Shown: in pieces, positions 1 through 12,950 of the stretch
Layout of the letters: the number at the start of each line of letters is the position of its first letter
Position numbering within the stretch: position 1 is the stretch's first letter
Source: Bilabrum cf. latius
Taxonomy: Eukaryota
Assembly: GCA_965178125.1 (NCBI GenBank)
Contig: OZ237749.1
Span: 1,116,001 to 1,180,000, forward strand
Direction of reading: 5' to 3'
Length of the DNA stretch: 64,000 nucleotides
Made by a program: the position numbers and the translations under genes
Notes under the pieces: generated by a model
What the model saw: only the letters and a program-made list of their open reading frames with translations
Told to the model about the DNA's origin: nothing
Databases searched by the model: none

Positions 1-61
1 CCCATTCGAGCTCGAAGGAGAGTCCGGCCCTGTTGCCGGGGACAAAGGGGATTCGGAGCTC

Positions 62-153
62 TGAGGTGGTCGGTGGTGGTCGGTGGTTGGTGGTTGGTGG
101 TTGGTGGTTGGTGGTTGGTGGTCGGTGGTACTAGTAGGTGGTCGGTGGTCGGT
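62..153. repeat. GGT(T/C)GGT-type heptamer minisatellite
   Basis: Tandem ggttggt/ggtcggt units visible directly, downstream of the ZUP1-like gene. Confidence 0.75.
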
Positions 154-252
154 GTATCGCAGCAATGAAGCTGCAGTGGAAGCAATTGTATAGAATTGCG
201 CGAATCAGATAGATTTATTTGCGGACTTGATCTGCTTGCCCTTCGCTCCAGC

Positions 253-2332
253 TCACAGGGCTGTTTCGTGCACCACCTTGATGGAATCGATCTGCTTGCT
301 TCGCTCCTGCTCAGCTCCCCGCAGCAGAGGCCCCTCCCGCACCACCACGAGCTACACCGCCGAGTGCCTGAGCCCCGGCAGCCTCCTCTTGACCAGCGAG
401 TGCCAGGGGGGCCCGTCATGAGCGAGGCACCTCTGCATGTCCCGGTGCGACCGCATCGGGTCCAGGAGCAGCAGGAGAGCCTCCAGATCAGGGCCAGGGC
501 CAGAGCCAGAACCACCGCTGGAGCCTCGGGCGCTCCGCTTCCCAGCATGCGGGGCGGGGTGCGAACAGTCGCGGATTCCAACTGGATCTGTCAGGGACCC
601 AGTTCCAGCAGACGGGGCATGAGTAGGTGCAGATGCAGGGGCAGACGGTCGGGCTGCCGAATCCAGATCACTCGGTGGGACTGCCCCCCTTCCCGCCCAC
701 TTGTCCAGCGTGCTGGCGCTTGGACGAGGCACACGAAGAGACTAGCCAGGGCCGGGTCCACTGCCTGCTCCATCCCGTGCCCCCGCCCCTGACCCCACGC
801 TACCGGGTCGGATGATGCACGGCGTGTTGCTCGTCAGTCGCCGCAGGGCACGAAGCGATCCCGAGCCCTTGAGGCGGCAGCGCGCCTGCACCCCGATTGC
901 GGTGCGGCTGTGGCCATCGTGCTGCAAGTACACCGGGAGCGTCCTCTGCTGCTGCAGAACAGGGCCGGCATGGGCAAGCCCCACTGGCACAGGCGCCTCC
1001 AGCTGGCTGGCAGGCACGCTCTCCAGCACTTCGACCTCGCTATCGCTATCGCTATCGCTGCTGCTACTAATGCTGCCCACTTGGCCTGCCTTAGAATCAT
1101 CCAATGATCCGTCTTCGGCATCACTCGTCACATCCACCACTGGCACATGAGCGCGACTGGACGTCGGACTGCCGCTGGATGCCACCCTCGGGGAACACAG
1201 ATCGATCACGACTCCCCTGCTCTCCTCGTCCGCTGGGACCTCCCCTGGCCTAGACCTACCGCTCTCTGCACCGGCCGAGGCACCATCTGTTCCCCGGACT
1301 ATTTTCTCCCCATAACCACGGTCCCTACCACTGCTGCTGCCAGTGGCATGGCACCGCCACCCGCCAAAGTACCCCCAGAGCAGGTCGAGCAAGTGCTCCA
1401 TCGGGTCCCTCGCAGGGCTCGCCCTCCCGCGAGCCATCCCCCCACCGGCCCCCTTCACCTTCATCTTCATCTTCGCTGGCCGCGCCCTTCCGAACCCTCT
1501 GAGCTGCCGTAGCCCCTCCTTCCAGTCCACCAGCTCAGCGCCTGCCTTCCTCGCGCCTGCGATGCTGTACCCCCCACTCGCACTGGCACCGGGTGAGGAA
1601 GAGGAGGAGGAGGACGAGGAGGAGGAGGACGAAGAGGCTGAAGGTTCGGCTGCATGCACGTCCACCACCACCGCGTCGATCCTAAAGGACCGCAAGAGTG
1701 CTGCTACATCAGTAGCCCCGATCCATGCGGCGTGGCCCCGCTTGCCCCGCAAAGAGCCGCCGAAGTGCGAGGCGCCCTCTTTATCGTAGCCGAGCGACCA
1801 GGCTCGCTCAATCCAGCCCTGCAAGCCGAGCAAAGTTGGTACCCTGCCACTTCCATCAAAAAGGGTATTGCGGTACATAGGTTCTTGCATCATAGCAGAG
1901 CAGATGATCTGTACGTTTCTGTACCCGCAGGCCCACGCAGCTGACGATGCGTCGGACCTTTGAGTAAAGTGGCTGGTGCAAGGCTTTGCCAGCACGAAGG
2001 CGCTCGGTCCAGAAGTATAGGTGCTAATTGAAACGGAAGGCTGCGTAGTTATCCTGTGCTCAAGCTTCTTGACACAATCCTACGGTGGCAGGAGGTGTCA
2101 GCACGAATTGATTCGAGATCGCAAGCTGATACAAAGAGTGATCGCAACAAATGCAGCTACTGCTGCTTACTGGTACTTCAAAGGCGCGTCGCGACGCTGG
2201 GGTCTCCCAGTCATCATCGAATCTCCTTTCTCCGGAAACCTTGCCAGCTCGCTGGCGTTTGGTTGCAAGTCGGCCTCCAGATTCGAATTCCTCCGCTTGC
2301 ATGGTAAGTGCTAGCGCGTAGTCATCATCCAT
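253..2332 (-). CDS. ZUP1: ZUFSP/ZUP1-like deubiquitinase (peptidase C78 family) with N-terminal MIU-like motif
   Basis: Motifs WACGYRNVQ, WIGATDV, YLQHDGHSRT and LLLDP; N-terminus MDDDYALALTMQAEE. Intron ~2080-2170. In-frame TAG at 742-744 and 352-354, the latter in RHSAV*LV matching the family HxQYQI motif. Ends TGA 253-255. Confidence 0.8.
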
Positions 2333-2530
2333 TGCGGAAAGCAAGTCAAAGCAGCTGCTTCTACACGGCAATAAATGCCATTGTTGTCTCCCAAAATGCA
2401 GCGAGTTGCTGCTTTCCCGATGGCGGTCAATTATTGCGTTCATCTTCACTTATGGGAGAGACTTGAAAATTGTTTCAGAGTCGCGATATCGCACTATCGC
2501 ATTCCTAAATTGGTGGAAAATTGTGCGATT

Positions 2531-5500
2531 ATGAGCTAGATTGAGACCAAGGTGACACAGGATGGCGTTATTACCGTGTGCAAGACTGAATCTTGGCGCA
2601 AAGGGGCTCGTAAGTGGGGCCAAGTTGATCTAGGTCCACAGCTTGCAACATCCCGGGTAATTTGGTACCATGAGGACGAGAACAAGTGGTACGTTTGTAG
2701 AGTCAAATGCTGGGCCGCGAACCCGAGCCACAATGTGGAGAAACTGCAGAAGTCGTGGACAGATGGCGGCCAGCAACAGCTCGAGGACCTGGACGGCCAT
2801 CTTCGGTACATCGGAAAGCAAAGCCAAGTGATGCTGATGAAAACAAAGAAGCTTGTTATGCTTGGGGATTGTTCCCAGGACATATTTGGCATGTAGCTGC
2901 CCTTCCAGGCAGAGGGAGAAGCGACAGTTGAAATTGAAGAGCGTCGATCCGTATGCGTACTGGTGCGGCGAGCTGCGATGCTTGAAGTCAGACCGGGGGA
3001 TAGGATGCTGTTTGGTAAGACCGTCGACGGAAATGCCGCGCCTCGGTACTCTAGTCTCCTGTTGCGACCCCTGCGCATTCGAACCGCTGCCCCATCTCGC
3101 TTACCGCAGCTCCGGAGCCGAAGCGCACTGTCCCGGGCGGCATGCACCGTATCGCAACAACCAGAGGCGCAGATTCGGCCACTCTCGCCCAGCTGCGCGC
3201 CGCAGAGAAGCCCAGCCTGCAGCGAACCGTGTCGCAGGTGCGTCGCAGGATCGAGATCCGCAAATCGGACGGGGCCTGCGTGGGCATGCGGGTCACCTGC
3301 GTGCTAGACGGGGCCGTGCCTGCCTCCCTGAGCACCGGGAAGACGGCCATCTTCTGGCAGAGAGGAGAGCAGCAATGCGCCACCGAGGGCACGGTGCCGG
3401 GGGCCCCGCCCGATGCCCACGAGTCCGAAGATGCCTGTGACGAGTACGGCAAGCTGGGCGCGCTGCCTCCCGGGGAGCAGGAGCGGGCGGTAGAGGCAGC
3501 TCTGCGGCAGAAGATGACGCCGGGGATGCAGGAGTGGGCGGGCGAGCTGCTGCAGGAGGCCGCGCAGCAGCCCGAGGAGCAGGGGGGGCAGCTGGCCAGG
3601 GAGGTGCTGGCCCTCCTGCAGGGGGGCGGTGGGGCTGCACGGGGGTCCGCTCCAGTGGTTCCAGTGGCTGGCAGGCGCGGGGTTCCCCTGGAGCTGCCCG
3701 TGCCGATGCCTGAAAGCCAGGCGGGCAAGGAGAGGGCCAGGGGGCCATCTCGACTGAGGGACGCCAGGGTGCCGGGGGACACAGTGCTGGACGTCGTGAC
3801 GCGGGTGAGCCGTGCGCACGGCAATGCGATGCACCTGGCCAGGGAAGAGCTCTGCAGTCCCTTGCCCAGGACCCTGCTGACGGTTGCCAGGCTGCGGCCG
3901 CACAGGGCTGTGGCTGGATTGGTGGGCGTGCGGGGGCTGCCCCTCTCGCTGCGGCCTGGGGCCGAGGCTGAAGCGGGGCTGGAGCAAGAGCCGATGCAAG
4001 GCGAAGATTCGGAGCAAGGGCCGGGGCTGGCCTATGGCAGCGGGGAGCCTGCATCTGGGTAGGGTGGTGCTGGTGCTGGTGCTGGTGCTGGTGCTGGTGC
4101 TGGTGCTGGTGCTGGTGCTGGTGCTGGTGCTGGTGGTGTAATACCAGGTGCTATCGGACCACTGGGCACGCTGGGGCGGGCGCAGCAAAGCGCGGCTACA
4201 GCTAAGGGTGTATTCTTAGCGTGCGCTCCCTTGGACTGGAGGGAGTGCGAGGCGGGGGCCGGGGTGCTTGCTCCCAGTCCAAGCCAGCTGGGTGCGGGGA
4301 CTGCAATTGTGTCGCAGGCAACAGGGGAGAGCGAGAACGTGCCTGGCGCGCCCGTGGTGGACCCTCGGCTGCCGTTGGACGTGGCACAGCAGAGGGCTCT
4401 GCTGGACGGCCCCGCCGTGGGCCAGCTGCAGGCGGCTGTGGAGCGGCTGCGGGGACATGCCAGGCCTACTTTGGCGGGTCAATCATCGTCCTCCTCCTCC
4501 TCCTCCTCATCATCTTCCTCTTCTTCTTCCTCCTCGGGTGTCCAAGTGGGCGCGCAGGCAGCGGCAGAGCATGGGGCAGGGTCTGCGTCTAGGTCGAATG
4601 GTGGCCCACCCCGTACGGGTGCATCGCACGATGGCGCAAGCCGCCGGGTGATGTCCCCGATCGAGGCGGTCAGGCTTGCCTGCGACGCACTCCGTGACCT
4701 GCAGCGCGTGAATCCCCGCGAGCTGTGCTGGCATCCCCCGTCAAGGGACCCGGGGGCGGAGCAGCGCGCGGCGGCTGCTCTGTGGGCCGTGTTCCTCGAG
4801 GCCAGGGCGCTCCTGAAGATGCGGAGGGGCAGGCGAGTGCTCGAGGGGCTGCACGTCGAGGCGGCGCGGCGGCGGCGGGACTTGCTGCGCGGCGAGGAAC
4901 AGCGCACGGGGCGAGCCATGTAGGAGCACGAGAGGAGAGTGCCGACGCAGCTGGAGGCGTTCTTGCAGGCGTGTGCGCTGCTGGCCAAGTGGCACGCTGA
5001 CCTTGGCACCCCGTGCGATGCAGAGCGCAAGGGGGGCATAGGGCTGGAGGACTGGGCTGGAATGGGGAAGGTTGCACTGCGGCAGCATGTGGTCCGTTAG
5101 GACGAGGAGCTCATGCGGTCTCTGAGCGAGCTGCAGGAAACGGGGCTGGGACCCGAGCTGGCTCCCCCGGGAGCGAGGACTGCTGCAGGTGCAGGTATAG
5201 GTGCTGGTGCTGGTGCTGGTGCTGGTGCTGGGGCTGGGGCTGGGGCTGGGGCTGGGGCTGGGGCTGGGGCTGGGGCTGGGGCTGGGGCTGGGGCTGGGGC
5301 TGGGGCTGGTGCTGGTGCTGGTGCTGGTGCTGGTGCTGGTGCTGGTGCTGGTGCTGGTGCTGGTTCAAAGGCAAGCGCTGCCAGCGGATCTAGCAAGGAA
5401 TCGGGGGGAGTAGCAGGGAGTGCTGCGGGCGTATAGGGGGGTTAGGTGGGTGCATCTGCCGCTGCATTGGCTCAGCCCGCCGGTGCTAGTGGGCAGGACA

Positions 5501-5739
5501 CAACTCAGGCGAAGCCGCAGCACCGGAATAAGCAGCAGGATGAGGGTGTGGAGGAAGGGGAGAGGCCGAGCAAGAAACCGAGGGTGCAGCAGTAGTAGCA
5601 GCAGGCGCAGCCGCAGCAGAAGTAGTAGGTCTCTCCACCGGCGGGGGCGAGTGCACCGGGTGGGGACAAGCAACAGACGCAAGCCCCTGCGCCAGCTCCC
5701 GTCCAGCGTGTGGCAGGACAGGTATCTATGGAATCATGA
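2531..5739 (+). CDS. Hypothetical protein with Gly-Ala repeats and a Q-rich C-terminus
   Basis: ATG 2531, intron 3015-3109. ORF fragments 2552, 3142, 4231 and 5113 join in frame through TAG codons (11 counted). Ends TGA 5737-5739. No family recognised. Confidence 0.6.
4063..4137 (+). repeat. Coding (GGTGCT)n hexamer microsatellite encoding Gly-Ala
   Basis: Perfect hexamer run in frame in the 2531-5739 gene. Confidence 0.9.
5200..5364 (+). repeat. Coding (GGTGCT/GGGGCT)n hexamer repeat encoding Gly-Ala
   Basis: About 27 hexamer units; the central block is GGGGCT, flanked by GGTGCT. Confidence 0.9.
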
Positions 5740-6036
5740 CGTCGTTGTTGATGGAAAGGTGGGGGCAGCTGCCGATGGTAACTTGAAGGCAGTTGACGAA
5801 CACATTTTCCCCGACAGTCACAGATAGGGCTAAAGAATCCATCAGGATCACAGCCAAAGCACCGACCACATCAGAAGCCACTGACAGCCTGTCCACACAT
5901 TATGGATCCGATCAAGCACCGACCGCTCCAGCGCGAAGCCCTGGTCGCTGAGATTCTGGTCGAGGCAGGGCATTTCGCGTCGAGTAAACTTGACCAAGTT
6001 AGTCAGGATCGTTGAAATATCATGCAATGCAGCAAA

Positions 6037-8019
6037 TCACGAGCCCCCGCCTGCGGCCGACAAATGGGCACCCCCTTCGTCCTCCTGCCCCCACACCCTC
6101 GCCGTCCCGTCGGCCGATGCAGTGACCATGAACCTGCCCTTGGCATCGAAGCCCGCCGCCTGCACCGTATCCGTGTGCCCCTTGAGCTGAGCCACTCGCC
6201 GCCCTGACAGGAGGTCGAACACGTGTGCGGTGCCATCGTCGCACCCCGACACGTAGAGCGTCCCGCTGCGGTCTGTCCTCACTGAGTTCAGCGGGGCGTC
6301 TCCCGTGTCCAGCTGCGCGCGGCGCTTGACCATGCGCACGTCCCACACGCATATGACCCCGTCCGCGTCGCAGGAGCCCACCGTGTCCCCTCTCACCCCG
6401 AAGCACACGTCGTTCACAGCGTTTTTGTGTCCGTGGAACGTCTCCACGCACAACCCCGACCGCACGTCCCACAGGCTCACGCTCTTGTCTCCGCTGCCGG
6501 TGCACAGGTTGCAAGAGAAGGGCTGGAACACCACTGCATTCACGCTGTCCTTGTGCCCCCGCATGGTCTGCCTGCACCGCTAGGAGCTGATGTCCCACAG
6601 CCGAGCCGTCTAGTCCATGCTGCAAGACACCAGAAAGTCCCCGCTTTGGTGGAAGGCCACGTCCCATGCCGTCTGCGGGTGGTCTGTCAAAGTCAGGGCG
6701 CACCTGGCGCTCAGGAAGTCCCACACCTTGACCACACCGTCTCCCGCGCAAGTGGCCAGGTGAGTGCCCCGCGGGTGGAAGTCCACGCCCGCCACCCAGT
6801 CCCTGTGCCCCGACCCGCTCATGATCTCCTCCCCGTCCTCCAGCGCCCACATGCGCCAGGTCCCGTCGTCGGACCCGGTGGCGCACACGGGCTTGGTGGG
6901 GTGGAATGCGAGGCAGGACACGGCGTCCTCGTGGCCCTCCAGCGAGCGGAGGTGCCTGAAGCCCCGCACCTCCGGTGGCTCGAACACCACCGACAGGAAG
7001 GGGTTCTCCTGGTCCACCCCGGGCAGCTTCGAGTCGGGGCCACGCCGCCCCGGGGCACTGGCAGTGGCACTCGAAGCGGTCGCGGCTCCAGAGCCCCGAC
7101 CCGCGCCTGCACTCTTCCCGGCGGCCCCTCTAGCCCCCTTTCCCGCCCCACCCGCTGCCTACCCCGCCCTGGGGTCCATCTCTCCCGCGGCCTGCCTGAG
7201 GCTCTGCACCTGCGCCTGCAGCCGCTTGCTCCGCGCCTCGGCCCTCTCCCTGCCCAGCCGGGCGAGCATCTTCTCCTTCATGGCCAGCTCGTACTTGTCC
7301 TTGAGCTCCCGCAGGGCCGGTTCGTACTGCTCGTAGTGCCGTTTGAGCCGCTTGATGTCCACCACGAGCTTCTGTTTCTCCTGCAGCACCCGCTTGTGGT
7401 GCATCCGGTGGAAGTCGCGCTCCTTGCGGAACTGGTCCCAGGTCGCAGAGGCTTTCTTGGACACGTCCTGGCTGTGCTTTAGCTCGGTCCGCAGGCGCTC
7501 CACCCTTTCTTCTAGCTACTGGTTTCTTGCGTACACGTCAGGTACATCTCCAAGCGCGCCGCCGCCGAGCAGGCCGCGCTCCTTCCTTTCGTACCATTCC
7601 TAGTTGAATGTATCCAGGGTTCGAAGCATGCCGTTGCGAACCAAAAAATTACGAACAAAATCATCCGCGACCGTGGGTCGCGATTTGACCGCATCCTGCT
7701 GTCCTACGCCTCCATCTGCGGCACTTTCGGCTCTGCCGGAACCGCTGTATGGTTCGTCCCGCTGCTCAGCAGCAGCACTGGCAGGCGACTGCCCCGGCAG
7801 CTAGGGCTGCAGCTATCCTGCTCCAGGCTCTGCGCCGGATGCTCCAGATGCTGCCGATCCCGCTCGGTGAGCAGCCAAGATTACCTTGTCGAGATTGCCG
7901 TCGTCAAAATCGTCATCAACCTCATCGCCCAAAGAGACGCTCTTGTATTCAAACCCTTCGTCTTCATCAATCAGTCCCATATCAACGGGCTCTAGGGCGA
8001 CCACGCCTTCGCTGGCCAT
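6037..8019 (-). CDS. SPAG16: SPAG16/PF20 axonemal central-pair WD40 protein
   Basis: DDFVRNFL..MLRTLDTFN*EWYE, KERDFHRMHHKRV, then WD40 repeats. One intronless frame of 660 aa when the 7 TAGs (6580, 6610, 7159, 7516, 7600, 7801, 7813) are read through. Ends TGA. Confidence 0.9.
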
Positions 8020-8348
8020 ATTTAAAGCAGAACTTGCCGAGATGGTAGCCTCGCTGTCCGTTGCCGATCGTGCGGTTGCAACCAATAAAATGGGTAGCGT
8101 GCTATTGTAAACAAAACCATATCGACTGGCCTCGGCGAGAAGTACAAAATATCCCCCTTCTCTGGGCCTGTGAATCCTGCTTTTTCTCGTTCCGTACAAC
8201 TTTTTATCTACAAATCATACTTAAGTTTTCTTTGCTTGCGTAAATCTTCCTGAAACTATCGAAACTGTCGAAAATTTAAGGTTGATTCGAACACTGGTCC
8301 GTGCGCGTGGCGTGTCGTTGTTGAAGCGATTACTGAGGAGCAAACCAG

Positions 8349-11061
8349 ATGTCGACCTCCCTGAAGCGAAGTCGAGATGAATTTGAATCGAATGGGGGTG
8401 TATCTGCCTCTGGCAGTGCCTCTGCCTCGAGTGGCACCAGCAAGCCGACCGCTGGCTCTGCCGATTTCGCGAGGCGGCTTGAATCTATAACTAGCGTGGG
8501 TAGCCCATCATGCTTGCAATCTAGTGTTGAATAGAACTATTCCGCACAGCTTTAGGAGTCTGGCCCGCTAGCAAGCCCCAACTTTCCATTGACGCAGTTG
8601 CTCGAATTCTCGTAGCTGCTCCAGAGCGCTGTCACTGGTGCAGAGCAAGCTGGAGAAGTGAATGATGTGGCAAGGAATACGGCTATGCTGCAGGGTGCCG
8701 CGCAGTGGATTATTCGGGGGATCTAGACCAGCCAGGTAGATACCCTAGAAGCATGCTTGAAAACGCTGGGCGAGCTGAACATTCCGGTCGATTTAGCGAA
8801 CAGTTTTGGGTTGATTGACGCATTGCGTGGCGTAAGCGGCTCCCCTTTACCAGCTAGTGAGGCATTACGCCTCTGCTTAACCCCTCTATTCACCTTTGCT
8901 GATCCTTTGAAGTCTCCGTCGCTGCACACCAACTCCTCCGATCATCTCAGGTGTCAAAGCGCATGCCAGCATGCTCATTGGTAAATTGGCGGTGTCCTCG
9001 CCGAGCACAGAAGGGGCGCCAGGTAGCCCGCCTCGAAAGAAGGGCCGGGCGGAGGGGGCAGGTGCGAGCAATACAAGCAGCAGCCCTTCGCACGGCGGCT
9101 CGGACCCGGACGAGGACGACGACGACGATCTGGATCTGGACGCGTTCAGCCTGGCCGGCTCGACGTCTAGCTCGGCCCCTGCTAGCGCCAGGAGCGCCCC
9201 CCCCTCCCCGTCCAGCCCCTCCACTCGGGGGGCAAGGGCAGGCAGCATCGACGACCCCACCGTTGCGGCGGCCGCTGCCGAGAGCGGGGTGGAGGTGGAC
9301 GAGAGCTGCCAGCCGGCCTCCACCCTGCTGCAGGCCAAGAGCATGACGGAGCTTCCACACGTGCTTGTGGCGGGCAGGGGCGACCCGAGCAAGTACGGCA
9401 GGCGAAGCGGCGGCATCTTGAGGAACAAGGCAAAGGGGCTGGTGGGCGGCAGGGAGCTGCAGGCCGCGGCTCCTCGAGCAGCTCCAGCTCCAGCGGCAGC
9501 GAGCGACAGCAAGGCGGCGGCGGGTTCCAGCGTCGGCTCCCCCCTGGGCCGGCTGCAGCCGCTGGGGTCACCGGCCAAGAGTGTGGCCGGGGCCGGGGCT
9601 GGGGCCGGGGCTGGGCCGGCTTCGTCCTCGTCCTCGTCCTCTTCCTCTGCTGCTGCCGCCGCTGAAGCAGCCGCTCGGGACAAGGTGAGTTTCCCGAAGG
9701 ACAGGACCAAGGGGCTGGAGGCCTCGAGGGCCTTCTTCAAGGCAGAGGCGCCCATCGTGCTGTCCGGGGGCAAGCCCAGGGAAGACGCCGCCAAGTTTGC
9801 AGAGGAGCAGAAGGCCCTGGAGGAAGGCAAGCCCGCGGGTGCAGCGGGGGAGGGAGAAGGGGGGGAGGGAAAGGGAGGGGGCCTCGACCGCGCCGCGATG
9901 CGGAAGCGCGAGGCCGCCATGGAATCGAAGTACTCGGGTGGATTGCACGCCAGCCTATCCAAAATGCTCCCCGGCCTGTTCTCTCGAATCGGTGCCAAAA
10001 CTGCCTCCCCAGAGGCCAAGGGACCCACCGGCCTGGCCAAAGGGCCGGGCAAGCACTGGCTGCCCCCAGCCCGGGGGCCCCGTAGCCCGTGGCGGTCCTC
10101 AGCCGTCCCCAGCGTGAAGGAGGAGACGCGGCGGCTGCAGGACCAGTTCGAGAAGCAGGCCAGCTCGGCCAAGGCGGCAGACCCGCAGCCCAGGCTATTG
10201 GCGGACAAGTTCAGAGGGCTCGCGGGCGCTCCTGCCCCCGTCAAGATGGACTTCCCTAGGCCACCCAGCGCGAGCGGCAGCTCCCTGAGCCCTTTCGGAA
10301 GACACTCGTCACCCTCTCCCGCGAGCGGGGCCTACGGACTGCCCCCCAACGGACATGGACCGGGGCATGGGCCGGTTGCAAGCAGCAGCGGCGGCGCGTA
10401 CGCGGGGCGTGGAGCGGCTCACGGCTCTCTTCTGGGCCCCTCCAGCCACTCGTCACATGCTCCCCAGCCAGCCGCAGCGTGGGGTGCAAGGCCGCCGCCT
10501 GGTGGCCCCCCGCAGTACCAGCAGCCCCCGCAGCGCCACGCACACCCACCACCGTCGGGAGCACCGTGGGCTGGCCAGCACCACGCCCCGCCACCGCACC
10601 AGCAGTACCAGCCCCAGCCCCAGCACCAACACCCGCATTAGCACGCCCATGGACAGCCCCCCCCTCGACCGGGGTTCCCCGCACAACCAGGTATGCTCGG
10701 CGGCGCCTCTGCTTCGGCAGGCGGGATCGCTCCGGGCGCTCGGGCCCCTCCCCCTCCCGGCGTCTCTCTGTCGATCCAGGCGCCTCCGGGACAGCGACCC
10801 TGGTGGATCCGGGGCCCCGAGCAGCTGCAGCCTGTGGACAACAGGCCCACATACCAGCGGCACTGCCTGTTCTATAACACGCTCATGGGGTGTCTCAAGG
10901 GCGCAGGGTGCACGCACATGCATGTCCCCAATTTCCGCCCGCAGCGACCCCCGAACTCGCTGGGCCGCAGCTTGCGCAGCGGGAAGACCCCCGTCCCTCC
11001 GTGGGTGTCTCCTGCCATGATCGATGAGCTGGATAGGGCGTCCATGAGCATGGGAAGATAA
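8349..11061 (+). CDS. PNUTS/PPP1R10-like protein: TFIIS-N-like region, GILR and KVSF motifs, CCCH zinc finger
   Basis: Introns ~8496-8549 (in frame, uncertain) and 8857-8950. C-x8-C-x5-C-x3-H finger at 10864-10923. TAGs at 8553, 8613, 8724 and 10639. Ends TAA. Confidence 0.6.
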
Positions 11062-11223
11062 CCACTCCGCACACACGATAACAACTCCCAGTACGATGCG
11101 AGAGCATCTGATGATTCAGTGATGAAAGGCGTGTGCGAACGGCGGTTGTAACCTCGGGTGGGGCCAACGACCAAGGTGCGGTTGGCATCAATTGAGCCTC
11201 CTTGCGGAGGCGCCAGGGTTTGA

Positions 11224-12622
11224 ATGCAGGGGAAAAGGCTAGTTGTTGTTGTCATTCTTATCGCATGTGCCTTGCGCACCCGCGGGCAAGTTACGTGCAA
11301 GGATGAGGACGGCAACGACGTAGAGTGGTTCGCTGTGAGGTAGGAGTGCACTTGTTTCTGTGCATGCTCGAGTGAATTCCGATGTTGAACAGCCGTTTCG
11401 CTACCACAAACCTCAAATTTTATGATCATTGCAGATCCTGAAAGCCCCGAACGGTGCCCAGTACATGTACACGGATGCCAACAGCGAGTCGCTGAGAGCA
11501 TCGCCGAACAGCTTGGCTGACCCTTTTCACGGCGCACTATCATTCACGTTGGCATAGCTATGGGGCGGAGACTCATTTATGGCATATAACGATCAACCGC
11601 CGCCGGATGGGAGTGGCTCATCGTCGTACGGGCACACGAAAGGGATTCTGATGGTGGATGACCAAGCCGTGGCACCCAACAGGTCCGGTTCCGGTGGCAT
11701 TCGAGCCAGCAGTGCGTTGGCGCCTGGTTACGTTGCAACTGCAGGCTTCTGGCTAGTGCATTCGACGCCCCGTTTCCCAGACACGGACGGTCCCACGTAC
11801 CTCGGGCTGCCGGAGAAGGAGCACATCTACGGGCAGTCCTTCCTGTGCATCACGCAGGGCGAGCAATCCCTGAAAGAGGCGGCGGAGCTCCTCTACTACA
11901 ACCATCCAAATGTGTTTAATTCGTCTATTTCTGCGAGGGTGCAGGCGGCCATCCCTCGGCTGGCTCAGGTTGCCGCCGGGGAGCACTCGGACTCTGATGT
12001 GTGCAAGCAGGCGGGGCTCGCGGGGGCGAAGGGGACTGCCTTCACCGCGTTCGGGAAGGGAACGGCCTTCAACAAGGACTTGTGGGGCGAGTGCGTGGCC
12101 CCTGCCCTAGGCAGTGACATGATCGTTGAGTCCTGGCTGAGGGGCTACGAGGAGGGCGCCTACTGCAGGCCCGACTACCAGCAGGACACGGTGGATGCAA
12201 GCTACCTAGAGTACCATCCTACGGGGGAGGACCGGGTGCAGCGCATGGTGGTGATTCCTGCCGAGGACAGCGAGAGTGGTGTGGCCAGTGTGACGAGTGC
12301 GAACTGGGAGTGGAAGGAGACGCAGGACCACTCCAAGTGGGGGGTGGCGGGGAACACCCCGGTTGCGCGGGGGAGCAACGGGACGGGGACAGGGGCGGGG
12401 GCGGGGGAGGACTATGGGAGAGATGGAGCGCAGGCCGGCAATCAGCTGCGTGGCAGTGGCCGGAGCTCGGTGGCAGACTCGGTGGCCCCCTGGGTGTGCA
12501 TCGGGGACATCAACCGCATGACGAGCCAGTTCAAGAGGGGAGGCGGGTGCGTGTGCATGCAGAACCAGCTGCTGCACCAGGCCATGCGAGGAGCCATCAC
12601 GAACACCATCGAGGACTGCTGA
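11224..12622 (+). CDS. DNASE2: Deoxyribonuclease II
   Basis: Signal-peptide-like N-terminus, then CKDEDGNDVEWF, YNDQPP, GHTKG, WLVHSTPRFP, DHSKW and CIGDINR..SQFKRGGG. Intron 11335-11434. TAG at 11555 in TLA*LW. Ends TGA. Confidence 0.92.
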
Positions 12623-12950
12623 GAGATGAGGGGCCGGCTTGCGGTCCGTTGGCGGGGTACTTATTAAATAGGGTGAATTTCTGGGGAGCTGATGTGGGCG
12701 TGCCGTTGATTCGATTGTGTGACACACCCATTGTGATGACGGACCCCACTCAATCGATTCGCAGCCAGTGAGCATACTAACTGCTGGCGAGCCAGCCAAA
12801 ATCAGTACTGCACGCACAAGGCACAGCGCACCCACCCTACCACCAGCCAACCACCACCACCAACTGTAACCCCCCGTCGCACTCATCATCACTGCCGTGT
12901 TCCTCTTGCGTGCCTTCACATCATCTTACCTCTCGGCTTACTGCGATACA

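Noticed and set aside
62-153. Telomeric repeat
   Set aside because: Short, degenerate, internal, and not a TTAGGG/TTTAGGG-type unit.
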